Of a stretch of DNA of 64,000 nucleotides, positions 18,787 to 27,215 are shown one piece after another; position 1 is the stretch's first letter, and the number at the start of each line of letters is the position of its first letter. The stretch is taken from positions 67,902-131,901 of the forward strand of contig JAQVEZ010000001.1 in assembly GCA_028697455.1 (NCBI GenBank). The letters run 5' to 3'. Both the position numbers and the translations under genes were made by a program. Under the pieces are notes generated by a model that was not told the DNA's origin, made no database searches, and saw nothing but the letters and a program-made list of their open reading frames with translations. The DNA comes from Minisyncoccota bacterium. Its GTDB lineage: Bacteria > Patescibacteriota > Minisyncoccia > Phycocordibacterales > UBA1006.

Positions 18787-19872
18787 CTAACCAATAAGGA
18801 CAAAAATAATTCCTGAAGCTGAACAAATAACTGAAAACACCCAATAGCGCATGGTAATTTTTTCCCTGCTCCACCCTATTGCTTCAAGATGGTGATGCAG
18901 AGGTGCAACCTTAAAGATTTTTTTATGAAAGAGTCTTCGTGAAATAATTTGAGCAAGTGAAGAGAAGGCCGTTATTACAAGAGGAAAACCTAAGACAAGA
19001 AACTCAAAAACAGTATCCGTTAAAAAGATAAGAACGGCTAATGAGAGCGTGAGTGCAAGAATTCCCGTTTCTCCGAGATAGAATCGTGCGGGAGGAATAT
19101 TAAACCAAAGAAAAGCAAGCAAGGCCCCCATAACAGCAAAAGAAAACGCAGCAATGTCAAATTGTCCTTGAAGCATTCCAATAACCCCATAACTTCCAAA
19201 AATAGATGCCATAACTCCCCCAGCAAGCCCATCTATTCCATCGATAACACTACTTGAGAAAAGAGCTAAAATAACAACAATAACAAAAGGAATAAAAAAT
19301 ATTCCAAGATGAATATCCCCAAGCTGAAAAGGCAGAGCAAGCGATTCGTGTCCAAGTTTGTAATAAAACCAAGATCCAACAAGAAAGCCGAGGATACTTA
19401 CAAGAAGTATTCGTATTCTTCTCGGAATTCCAACGGTGAGTTGGTATTGACCACCAAAGATTTGCAAAAGATCGTCTGCAAGCCCAAGGAGTGCTCCCAA
19501 AATCATACAAAGGAACGGAATGAGTGTTTGGTTTCGTGAGAGAAAATTAAGATATCCTTCAGGAATATAGCCAACGGAAAAATGCGATAAGGCTATTGAT
19601 CCTGCAAGGGCAAAAATAACAGAAACCCAGACAATAATTCCCCCAACTCGAGGAGTTTTTATTTCGTCTTCTGCATTGTGTATTTGCACAAACTCTTGAT
19701 TCATCTCAAGATCCCCTTTGGTATGGTTTTCATTCGAACTCCGAGAAGATCTTTTCCAGAGTCTATATTTATAAAATAAATCAGAAAAGAAGGGCGTAAT
19801 AAGAATCCCTGACATAAAAGCTACCACTGAGGGTAGGAATATCTTTATAGCAATTGCAACGTTATGTACCAT
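18787..19872 (-). CDS. mraY: phospho-N-acetylmuramoyl-pentapeptide transferase
   Basis: Polytopic protein with the DDLLQIFGGQ and GLAGG motifs of MraY. Confidence 0.9.
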   Translation of the reverse strand: MVHNVAIAIKIFLPSVVAFMSGILITPFFSDLFYKYRLWKRSSRSSNENHTKGDLEMNQEFVQIHNAEDEIKTPRVGGIIVWVSVIFALAGSIALSHFSVGYIPEGYLNFLSRNQTLIPFLCMILGALLGLADDLLQIFGGQYQLTVGIPRRIRILLVSILGFLVGSWFYYKLGHESLALPFQLGDIHLGIFFIPFVIVVILALFSSSVIDGIDGLAGGVMASIFGSYGVIGMLQGQFDIAAFSFAVMGALLAFLWFNIPPARFYLGETGILALTLSLAVLIFLTDTVFEFLVLGFPLVITAFSSLAQIISRRLFHKKIFKVAPLHHHLEAIGWSREKITMRYWVFSVICSASGIIFVLIG

Positions 19873-19880
19873 AGAATAAT

Positions 19881-20435
19881 TTAGAGATTAGCTTCTTTTT
19901 CTCGAATAAATTCATCTTGAATACTTTCAAGATTTTTCTTTGCTTCATTATACCCTGGGAGATCTGAATATCGTTCTATACCAAGGAAGGAAAAGAAATT
20001 ATGCGTTGGAATATAGAGAGGAGATCTTTTGTCTTCGGGATTTGCTTTTTTTTCAATGAGTCCACGGATAAGAAGATTTCTAAGAATAAAAACCGAATTA
20101 ACTCCTCGAATATAGTCTATTTCAGATTTGGTAACCCCGTCTTTGTAAGCAATGATAGAAAGGGTCTCGAGAGCCTGTTTGCTCAGTTCTTTTTCGTCTT
20201 TATTTTTTTTGATATCTTGAATAAGGGATGCAAAATCACGATGAGTAACAAGAGCAATAGAATCAGCTGTTGTGATAAGCTGGATCCCCCTTCCTTCATA
20301 AAAAGAACTCATATGCTCTATTGTTTCTAAAATATCTTTCTCAGAAATAGAAAGTTTTTTTGAAAGCCAGTTAATACTGAGTGGTTCGTTTTTATAAAAA
20401 AGTAAAGTTTCAATTTTTCGTTCAAGATCATTCAT
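19881..20435 (-). CDS. scpB: segregation and condensation protein B
   Basis: Tandem winged-helix pattern (LETLSIIAYKDGVTKSEIDYIRGVNSVFILRNLLIRGLIE). Overlaps the scpA stop by 4 nt. Confidence 0.85.
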   Translation of the reverse strand: MNDLERKIETLLFYKNEPLSINWLSKKLSISEKDILETIEHMSSFYEGRGIQLITTADSIALVTHRDFASLIQDIKKNKDEKELSKQALETLSIIAYKDGVTKSEIDYIRGVNSVFILRNLLIRGLIEKKANPEDKRSPLYIPTHNFFSFLGIERYSDLPGYNEAKKNLESIQDEFIREKEANL

Positions 20436-21163
20436 AGTGAGTTAATAGAGATAGGACTAAAGTTGTTTTCTTGCTCAACACCAACCTCTCCTTTTTTGGC
20501 GAGTTCGAGAATAGCAAGAAAACCAACAATATAATAACTTTGTTCTTCTTCTGGAGAATGTTTCTGCTCTGTTAAGAATGAGCTAACAAATTCATTAAAA
20601 GAAAGTGTATGAGCACCACTAACTCTCTTGATCAGTGATTTCATAATATCTTCGATATGGATAATTATTTTGAGACTCGCTTCTTTTTTGGTTGGAAGGT
20701 TTTCGGGTATTGATTGTAAGAGTTTATTGAGGAGCTCGAGGAGTTCTTCTTTCTCAAGAGATGCTGGTGGAGAAAAGCTTATTTCCTTTTTTCTCATTTG
20801 AGCGAAATAAAAAGTCTGCACTGGCCTGATTGTTTCCTTGAGACCAAGGCTTAACGCTCGGTATATCTTAAGAAGTTCGAGTCTCTTTTTGAGAAGCTCA
20901 ATATCCCCTTCTTCTTCTGAGGAAAGGTCAAGTGTTGGGAGAAGAGATTTTGACTTTATGAGCGTGAGCGTTGAGGCGACAAAAATAAAATGAGTCTTTT
21001 CATTGAGAGATATTTCATCAAGACTTTGTAAAAACGAAAGGTATTCCTCAGCAATGAATGCAAGGGAGACATCATTGATAGGCATTTTTCTCTTTTCTAT
21101 CATTTGAAGCAAGAGATCGATAGGACCTTCAAAATTTTCTATACTCAGGGTAAATGAGGACAT
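20432..21163 (-). CDS. scpA: segregation and condensation protein A
   Basis: ENFEGPIDLLLQMIEKRKMPINDVSLAFIAEEYLSFL, the ScpA N-terminal signature. Confidence 0.85.
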   Translation of the reverse strand: MSSFTLSIENFEGPIDLLLQMIEKRKMPINDVSLAFIAEEYLSFLQSLDEISLNEKTHFIFVASTLTLIKSKSLLPTLDLSSEEEGDIELLKKRLELLKIYRALSLGLKETIRPVQTFYFAQMRKKEISFSPPASLEKEELLELLNKLLQSIPENLPTKKEASLKIIIHIEDIMKSLIKRVSGAHTLSFNEFVSSFLTEQKHSPEEEQSYYIVGFLAILELAKKGEVGVEQENNFSPISINSL

Positions 21164-21246
21164 ACAAAGTCTATTTTATCAGGTTTTGAGGAAAGAAAAA
21201 ACCACCTTTTTACAGATGGTTTTGTTCTGTGCTAAAGACGGGAGAT

Positions 21247-21528
21247 TCACCAGAGAGTGACTTTAGGAATACTCTTAATCCATCCAACCCCTTTCTGGAT
21301 ATTGAGAAAACCCTTGAAACAAGCATCTCGGTGCGGCATTGTGAGACCATTTGGGGTAATGATTTCCATGAGACCTGCTTGGAATAGAAATCTTTTTCCA
21401 GACCCGTCTTCCCTCGCTAACGAGATAAGATGAAGATTATAAGAGTATCCATTTTCTCCTACCATCTTTATCGATTCTCCATTGGCAAATTTACCGAGGA
21501 GACTTAGGCGTTCCTCTTCCGTTTTCAC
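21247..21528 (-). CDS. hypothetical protein
   Basis: A 93-aa ORF on the same strand as its neighbours, with no recognisable motif. Confidence 0.4.
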   Translation of the reverse strand: MKTEEERLSLLGKFANGESIKMVGENGYSYNLHLISLAREDGSGKRFLFQAGLMEIITPNGLTMPHRDACFKGFLNIQKGVGWIKSIPKVTLW

Positions 21529-21580
21529 TTGTTGATATGTAAAAACAAAACCCTTCGTTTTCAGAAGAGTTTTTAGGTTT

Positions 21581-21733
21581 TTATTTTTTTTCTAACAACG
21601 ACACCAAAATTATGCCTAATATGTAGAGCATAACAGTAATGAGAAAAGTATCTAAAGATATTTCCTTTTTGATGTAGCCCCAACCGGCACCTACTACTAT
21701 TACAATAAGAACTGCGGTAAGTGTGTTACTCAT
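21581..21733 (-). CDS. putative 50-aa two-TM micro-protein
   Basis: MSNTLTAVLIVIVVGAGWGYIKKEISLDTFLITVMLYILGIILVSLLEKK. It lies between aspS and the 93-aa ORF and is not in the ORF track because it is shorter than 60 aa. Confidence 0.3.
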   Translation of the reverse strand: MSNTLTAVLIVIVVGAGWGYIKKEISLDTFLITVMLYILGIILVSLLEKK

Positions 21734-21839
21734 TGTTTTTTTCACCATTTGTTTTTTTTGATTTTCTTGATAAGATAATGCACTATTCTAATTTGTTTGT
21801 CAAATCATTACGAATAAAAATAAAACCTCTAAACAGGTT

Positions 21840-23261
21840 TTATTTTTTAGGTAATTCCTTGAGACTGAGATTAAGCTCATCAAGTTGCTCTTTGGCAATA
21901 AAGGACGGTGAATCCATCATAGGATCTCTCCCCTCTCCATTCTTTGGAAAGGCAATGAGCTCTCGAATGGTTTTTTCGTTTTGGAGAATCATCATTAACC
22001 GATCAAATCCCCACGCGATTCCTCCGTGCGGTGGTGTTCCAGAACCAAGGGCCTTGAGCATGTGCCCAAAATTTGCTTCTATTTTTTTGTCACTATGTCC
22101 AAGAATTTGTAAAATTGATTTCAAAATCTCAGGATCATGAGCTCGAATTGAGCCTCCTCCGATTTCATATCCATTCAACACGATGTCGTATTGAGCTGCG
22201 ATAATATCTGCAATATTGGTCTTGTTTTTGATATTTTCAATGTGTTCTGGTTTAGATAATGAAAACGGATTGTGAGTAAAGGTCCATTCTCCTATTGCTT
22301 GAGGGTCATCAGAAGTTGCTGTCTTTTCAAAAAATGGGAAATCCACAACCCAACAAAAGGCAAGGAGATTGGGATCATCTTTGTCTTCACGAATATCAGG
22401 ACGGTCACTTCCATATTTTTCCATAGCCTCAGCATATGGAATACGTGGAAATGGAATTTGTTGGATACGTTTTTCTGGATAGAGTTTGCGTACGATATTA
22501 ATCAACATATTTTCATTGAGCTCCATAATGTCATCCTCATTCACGAAAGACATTTCCATATCCAATTGAGTAAATTCTGGCTGACGATCTCCTCGTAAAT
22601 CCTCATCTCGCATACAGCGAGCAAATTGGAAATAACGTTCCATTCCTCCAGCCATCAAGAGCTGTTTATATTGTTGTGGGGACTGTGGCAGTGCGTAAAA
22701 TTGATGAGGTGAGAGTCGTGCTGGAACAACATAATCTCGTGCTCCTTCTGGGGTTGATTTTGTCAAAATTGGCGTTTCGATTTCGAGAAAGCCTTGATCG
22801 TCCAAATAATCACGACACAATTTTGCAACACGATGACGCATCATGATATTGTTGTGCATTCGCTCGGTTCGCAGATCAAGGTAGCGGTTTTTGATACGAA
22901 CTTCTTCATTAATATCTACTGTTGATTCAGTGATTTCAAAGACTGGAGTTTCTGCTTTGTTCAAAATTTCAATACCGGTAATTTCTATTTCTACATTACC
23001 ATTTTGAACGCCTTCTTTGACCATTTTTTCGGGTCTCTGGTTTACTATTCCGGTTATGGCTACCACCCATTCTGGTCGCAAGGTTTTTGCAATTTCAAGA
23101 ACGTCTGGTTTTCCAAAAACAACTCCTTGAACTTTTCCTGTGGCATCACGAAAATCAAAGAACGCCATTTTCCCTTGATCTCGAGCTACATCAACCCACC
23201 CCTCAATACGAATCGTTTCGGTGATATGTTGTGCTATGTTTTTTATTAATGTTCGTTTCAT
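21840..23261 (-). CDS. aspS: aspartyl-tRNA synthetase (short form without the large bacterial GAD insertion)
   Basis: N-terminal OB fold, then class II motifs FFDFRD ... QFARCMRDEDLRGDRQPEFTQLDMEMSF ... GGGSIR. The protein is 473 aa. Confidence 0.9.
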   Translation of the reverse strand: MKRTLIKNIAQHITETIRIEGWVDVARDQGKMAFFDFRDATGKVQGVVFGKPDVLEIAKTLRPEWVVAITGIVNQRPEKMVKEGVQNGNVEIEITGIEILNKAETPVFEITESTVDINEEVRIKNRYLDLRTERMHNNIMMRHRVAKLCRDYLDDQGFLEIETPILTKSTPEGARDYVVPARLSPHQFYALPQSPQQYKQLLMAGGMERYFQFARCMRDEDLRGDRQPEFTQLDMEMSFVNEDDIMELNENMLINIVRKLYPEKRIQQIPFPRIPYAEAMEKYGSDRPDIREDKDDPNLLAFCWVVDFPFFEKTATSDDPQAIGEWTFTHNPFSLSKPEHIENIKNKTNIADIIAAQYDIVLNGYEIGGGSIRAHDPEILKSILQILGHSDKKIEANFGHMLKALGSGTPPHGGIAWGFDRLMMILQNEKTIRELIAFPKNGEGRDPMMDSPSFIAKEQLDELNLSLKELPKK

Positions 23262-23276
23262 ATATTGTTTTAATTA

Positions 23277-24167
23277 TTAATCTTCAATGAAAAAATCTTC
23301 ATCAATTTCTTTTATAGAAAAAGTTTCCTTAATTTGAACTCCTAAATTATATTTAATCATTAGGTCTACTAATTTATCACCATTGATTAATATAATTTTA
23401 TGATTTCTTGCATCCCTTACTTTTTCTAAGGCTGCCTTATCAAAATCTGAAGTAGTAACAAAAATTCCTTTTGAGACATCACCAGACATTGCTCCAATAA
23501 AATTACGGATTTCTTTTTCTCCCACAAGGTTTGCTGTATATCTTTTTGCCTGAGTATAAATTCTCTCAACCCCTAAAGCATCTTGATTGATAATCCCATC
23601 AATTCCACCATCCCCAGATTTTTTTGTTTCTTGAAAATCTCCATAACCCATTTTTTGAAAAAGTTTTAAAATTATCTTTTCAAAATAATATGGATTTGAA
23701 ACTTTTAATTTTTCCAATAATTCAATTTTTAAATTCTCTTCAATATCAGCATATCCAACTTCAATCATTTCTTGAGATGACAAATCAGTGACTTTTATAT
23801 TTTCGTTATTTTCAGATTTTTTATTTTTTTGATATTTTTGAAAATCGAAATCATTTTGTATATATTCTTTTGTTAAATTTATCCCCTCCTTAAGAATATT
23901 TAATCCTTTATCGGTAATTTTTACATATCCTCTTTCTGGATAATCAACCATTTTTGCTACACGTAATTTTGATTTTGCGAAATGAATACGATTAAGTAAT
24001 GTATTGTCACCATTTTTTGGATTAACTCTATTTAAAACTTCTTCTGGCAAATGTGAATAAAAAGTATCTCTTACTTTTTCTTCAAGGTCTTTTCTGTGTA
24101 AAGTTTCTCCATTACTCAAAATCTTAAGTACTGGGATATATATTTCGTGGTATTTTGGCATTTCCAT
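23277..24167 (-). CDS. mrr: Mrr-like type IV (modification-dependent) restriction endonuclease
   Basis: An Mrr_N winged helix (PKYHEIYIPVLKIL...NRIHFAKSKL). An Mrr_cat domain (YYFEKIILKLFQKMGY...SGDGGIDGII...YTQAKRY...KGIFVTTSDF...LVDLMIKYNLGV) that aligns closely with E. coli Mrr. The track ORF begins at a TTG codon inside the T-box terminator, so the first ATG (MEMPKYHEI) is preferred. Confidence 0.85.
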   Translation of the reverse strand: MEMPKYHEIYIPVLKILSNGETLHRKDLEEKVRDTFYSHLPEEVLNRVNPKNGDNTLLNRIHFAKSKLRVAKMVDYPERGYVKITDKGLNILKEGINLTKEYIQNDFDFQKYQKNKKSENNENIKVTDLSSQEMIEVGYADIEENLKIELLEKLKVSNPYYFEKIILKLFQKMGYGDFQETKKSGDGGIDGIINQDALGVERIYTQAKRYTANLVGEKEIRNFIGAMSGDVSKGIFVTTSDFDKAALEKVRDARNHKIILINGDKLVDLMIKYNLGVQIKETFSIKEIDEDFFIED

Positions 24168-24189
24168 AATATTTTTATATTCTATTTGC

Positions 24190-24395
24190 AAACAAAAAAT
24201 CGTCCGCAATCGATTAACTTATAATCTCTTGCAGGGACGATTTTGGATAACCGCGGTGCCACCCTGATTCCTGATGTGTATCAAGCGCTCTTTATTATTA
24301 GTCCAAAAATATCCTTAGACTTAATTTTTCACCTCAGCTGTGTCAAAGCGTCGTTGGTACATAAAATATAACAAAAATAAGCAAAAAAGAAAAGA
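24190..24395 (-). promoter_or_regulatory. T-box riboswitch leader (likely Asp-specific) upstream of mrr-aspS
   Basis: On the minus strand, AGGGUGGCACCGCGG at 24251-24265 matches the T-box consensus AGGGUGGNACCGCG exactly. The variable position C would pair with G73 of tRNA-Asp. A terminator helix AAAATCGTCC(CTGCAA)...(TTGC)GGACGATTTT with a U-tract follows at 24196-24244. Upstream there is a short stem I-like helix containing GGACUAA (GAC is an Asp codon). Confidence 0.55.
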
Positions 24396-24405
24396 TAGCA
24401 AAAAG

Positions 24406-24615
24406 CTATCTTTCTTTATAATTTTTATACATATCGGAGTTATCATTTCCAGAATAGAGATCATCAACTTCTTCCTTTGTTAAACCGAAACCATCAACGT
24501 CTTTTGGCTTCTCTGTGCCTGTTGGCTTTTGTTCTTGTTCTTGCTTTGGAGAAGAATTTTTACTTTCTGAATCCTTTTTTACTCTTTCTTCTTTTTGTGG
24601 TTTAAAATTTTCCAT
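24406..24615 (-). CDS. small acidic, low-complexity protein, unknown function
   Basis: A 69-aa K/E/S/D-rich protein on the same strand, downstream of the two paralogs. Confidence 0.4.
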   Translation of the reverse strand: MENFKPQKEERVKKDSESKNSSPKQEQEQKPTGTEKPKDVDGFGLTKEEVDDLYSGNDNSDMYKNYKER

Positions 24616-24672
24616 AATAATATTGTTTCTTATTTAATTTATTATAAATCATTTTTTAAATTAAAAAAGTGG

Positions 24673-25152
24673 CTATATGCCACTTTCTCTTTTTTCCAGC
24701 TCTTCTCTTATAAGACTCGCTACTTCGTAATCCTCATCCTCGAGTACTTTTTGAAGCTTGGTCTGAAGTTTCTTTTTGGAATAATAAGGAATGTCTTTTG
24801 CTTCAAATAGAGCCTCGGTATCAATGATTAAAAAGTTGTGGGTAGAAAGTTTTATAAACCCAGGGTGATCCTCAAGAGAATCATACATCTCATCAAAGAG
24901 TATTACTTCGTACTCTTCAAAGTAATCCCCAAAATCAAAAAAGTATGTCCCTTCTTCTCCGAGTTCTGCTGTGCCCAAATATGCCTCTTCTAAAAAATCA
25001 CCTTTGTTTTCTGAAACAAGAAGAAATTTTGGAATAAAAATATTCTTGAGCGTAATGATGATACTCTGAACATCAAAAAAGACTTTTGAACCTTGCTGTA
25101 TTCCGCCAAGAGTATTCTCGGGGAAAAAACCTTGAATTTTTATAGTGCTCAT
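24673..25152 (-). CDS. uncharacterised protein with C-terminal UVR-like motif (paralog 1)
   Basis: Shares TIKxxG...NIFIP(K/R)(F/Y)L and a C-terminal LQKVLEDEDYEVASLIREELEKRE with the adjacent gene. The C-terminal 30 aa resemble the UvrB/UvrC UVR motif. Confidence 0.6.
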   Translation of the reverse strand: MSTIKIQGFFPENTLGGIQQGSKVFFDVQSIIITLKNIFIPKFLLVSENKGDFLEEAYLGTAELGEEGTYFFDFGDYFEEYEVILFDEMYDSLEDHPGFIKLSTHNFLIIDTEALFEAKDIPYYSKKKLQTKLQKVLEDEDYEVASLIREELEKRESGI

Positions 25153-25209
25153 GATTAGATTGTATTTTTATATAAAAATAGCATAAAAATTCAATTTAAA
25201 AAAGCAGGT

Positions 25210-25701
25210 CTAATGACCCGCTCTGTTTTTTTTGAGTTTTTTAAGTTCATCCCTCACCATCGCTGCATAATCATAGTCTTCGTCTTGCAGGGCTTTCTCA
25301 AGGTCGTGCTCAAGGGTTTCAATTTCTTTTTCTTCAATTCTCGCCTCGTGATAGTATTGGATCTCATATTCTTTTCTTGGGACAGTGATATACATCCCAG
25401 ATCTGAAGAGTTTTGGTTCAATATCTTCAGTAAAGATAGGTTGATAACCTAATTTTTCAATTCCTTCAAAAAAGACACTAAACGAACCCGAACTATCTTT
25501 TGTTACGGCAATGGTTGCTGGAGCCCCTTCAAAAGTTTGGTAAAGTGCTTCAGGTGAAGTAAATACCCCAAGATATCTTGGTATGAAGATATTATTGTTT
25601 GTGATAATAACATGACTATACAAACAATACCTTGTAGTATTTGCCTCCATTGTTTCGAGGGTCTCTCCTGTATACCATCCTTTTATTGTTAGCATTTTCA
25701 A
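25210..25701 (-). CDS. uncharacterised protein with C-terminal UVR-like motif (paralog 2)
   Basis: Homologous to 24673-25152 (TIKGWYTGETL...NIFIPRYL ... LEKALQDEDYDYAAMVRDELKKLKK). Confidence 0.6.
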   Translation of the reverse strand: MKMLTIKGWYTGETLETMEANTTRYCLYSHVIITNNNIFIPRYLGVFTSPEALYQTFEGAPATIAVTKDSSGSFSVFFEGIEKLGYQPIFTEDIEPKLFRSGMYITVPRKEYEIQYYHEARIEEKEIETLEHDLEKALQDEDYDYAAMVRDELKKLKKNRAGH

Positions 25702-25768
25702 TTTAGTTTTTTTGTATTATATAACGTATTTAAAAAAAATAAAGAGGTTTCTCTTTATTTTTTAGTTT

Positions 25769-26158
25769 TTATTTATTTCTTTTTCTAAAAATAGCAAGGA
25801 GAATTCCTCCGACCACAAGGGCAGAAAGAGCGTCTATAATGTTTTGTTGGTGTCGGTTCTTGAATTGATACCTTTGTTGTTCTCTATTTCGTTTGATACA
25901 GCTTTGAATTTCTTCTGGGTTTTGTTCCACGATCTCCCCTGCCCTTTCGGTTTCTGATAATGGTTGAGGAGTTAGTTTACTATAAGGATAGACACACTCT
26001 TGTTCTGTGAAATAGGAATAAGGATCTTCTTGGAAGAAAGCAAGCTTGAGCGATGAACTTATGAGCATAATTCCTCCTACGGAAGAGATGATAATTCCTG
26101 CTGCAAAAGCAAGGATGGGAATGAGTCGAGTAATCCAGTGAGTTGTGTTTTCTGACAT
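25769..26158 (-). CDS. hypothetical two-TM membrane protein
   Basis: TM helices at both termini with a soluble middle region. A terminator hairpin (ATAAAGAG/CTCTTTAT plus U-run) follows on the minus strand. Confidence 0.45.
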   Translation of the reverse strand: MSENTTHWITRLIPILAFAAGIIISSVGGIMLISSSLKLAFFQEDPYSYFTEQECVYPYSKLTPQPLSETERAGEIVEQNPEEIQSCIKRNREQQRYQFKNRHQQNIIDALSALVVGGILLAIFRKRNK

Positions 26159-26185
26159 ATATTTCTTTGATGAATTTTTAATAAA

Positions 26186-27160
26186 TTAAAGTCCTACTTT
26201 TTCTCTTACTTCTTTCATCTTTGCGCGGACAATGGCTTGTATCTTTTGTCTCCCTTCATCCAAGATTTGGCGAACGATTCCTGGGTTTTCTTCATAATAT
26301 TTTCTTTTCTCACGCATTGGGGTGATAAAAGCAAGATAATTTTCCAAAAGCATTTTTTTAGAATCTCCGTATCCAAGACCTCCCTCAAGATATCCTTTTC
26401 TGATTTCCGAAAGCTGAGGCTCTGGGGTTATCAGCTTATGAATAGCAAATACATTACATTCTTCTGGGTTTTTGGGTTCAGATGGTTCTTTGCTATCAGT
26501 TACGATACTCATGATAGCTTTCTTGATTTCAGCATCAGTTCCAAAAAGAGGAATAATGTTGCCATATGATTTTGACATTTTTTGCCCATCCGTTCCTGGA
26601 ATAATGGCAAGTTCTTCTCTGATAGCTTCGGTTGGTTCCTTGAAAGTTTCTCCGTATTGGGCGTTGAATTTTCTCACAAGTTCACGTGTCATTTCAACAT
26701 GTTGCACCTGGTCTTTACCGACAGGAACAAGGTCTGCATTAGGGAGAACAATATCTGCAGCCATAAGTACCGGATAGTTAAAGAGCCCAACAGTTGCTTC
26801 AATTCCTTTTGTTGTCCTGTCTTTGAAAGCATGAGCTCGCTCAAGCCATGGCATTGTTACAAGACAGTCAAATATCCACATGAGTTCAGTGACTTCTGGA
26901 ATATCAGATTGTTTGTAGAGGATTACCTTTTCTGGATCAAGTCCAATAGCGAGATAGTCCAAAATTAAATCATAACTTTGTTCACGAAGTGTTTTCCCGC
27001 TGGTGACTGTCGTAAGAGCATGATAATCAGCCACAAAAACATAGAGATTAAAGGTATCTTGCATATTCACAAATTCACGCATTGCTCCAAAGTAATTTCC
27101 AATATGTGGGCGCCCTGTAGGCTTGATAGCTGAAAGTGCTGTTTTCTTCTTTTCATTCAT
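26186..27160 (-). CDS. trpS: tryptophanyl-tRNA synthetase
   Basis: GRPHIGNYFG (HIGH-type motif) and KMSKSYGN (KMSKS motif). The protein is 324 aa. Confidence 0.9.
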   Translation of the reverse strand: MNEKKKTALSAIKPTGRPHIGNYFGAMREFVNMQDTFNLYVFVADYHALTTVTSGKTLREQSYDLILDYLAIGLDPEKVILYKQSDIPEVTELMWIFDCLVTMPWLERAHAFKDRTTKGIEATVGLFNYPVLMAADIVLPNADLVPVGKDQVQHVEMTRELVRKFNAQYGETFKEPTEAIREELAIIPGTDGQKMSKSYGNIIPLFGTDAEIKKAIMSIVTDSKEPSEPKNPEECNVFAIHKLITPEPQLSEIRKGYLEGGLGYGDSKKMLLENYLAFITPMREKRKYYEENPGIVRQILDEGRQKIQAIVRAKMKEVREKVGL

Positions 27161-27215
27161 GCGAATAGTATATCACAGGGAAACAAAGAAAAAATCGGCT
27201 TCACCTGAGTCCATT

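Noticed and set aside
24196-24244. Reading the hairpin at 24196-24244 as a simple terminator for the upstream small acidic gene, and taking the Mrr ORF start at the TTG at 24209.
   Set aside because: The hairpin overlaps the 3' half of a perfect T-box motif, which makes it the riboswitch terminator. The TTG start would put the first codons of mrr inside that hairpin. The ATG at 24167 (MEMPKYHEI) aligns with the Mrr N-terminus.
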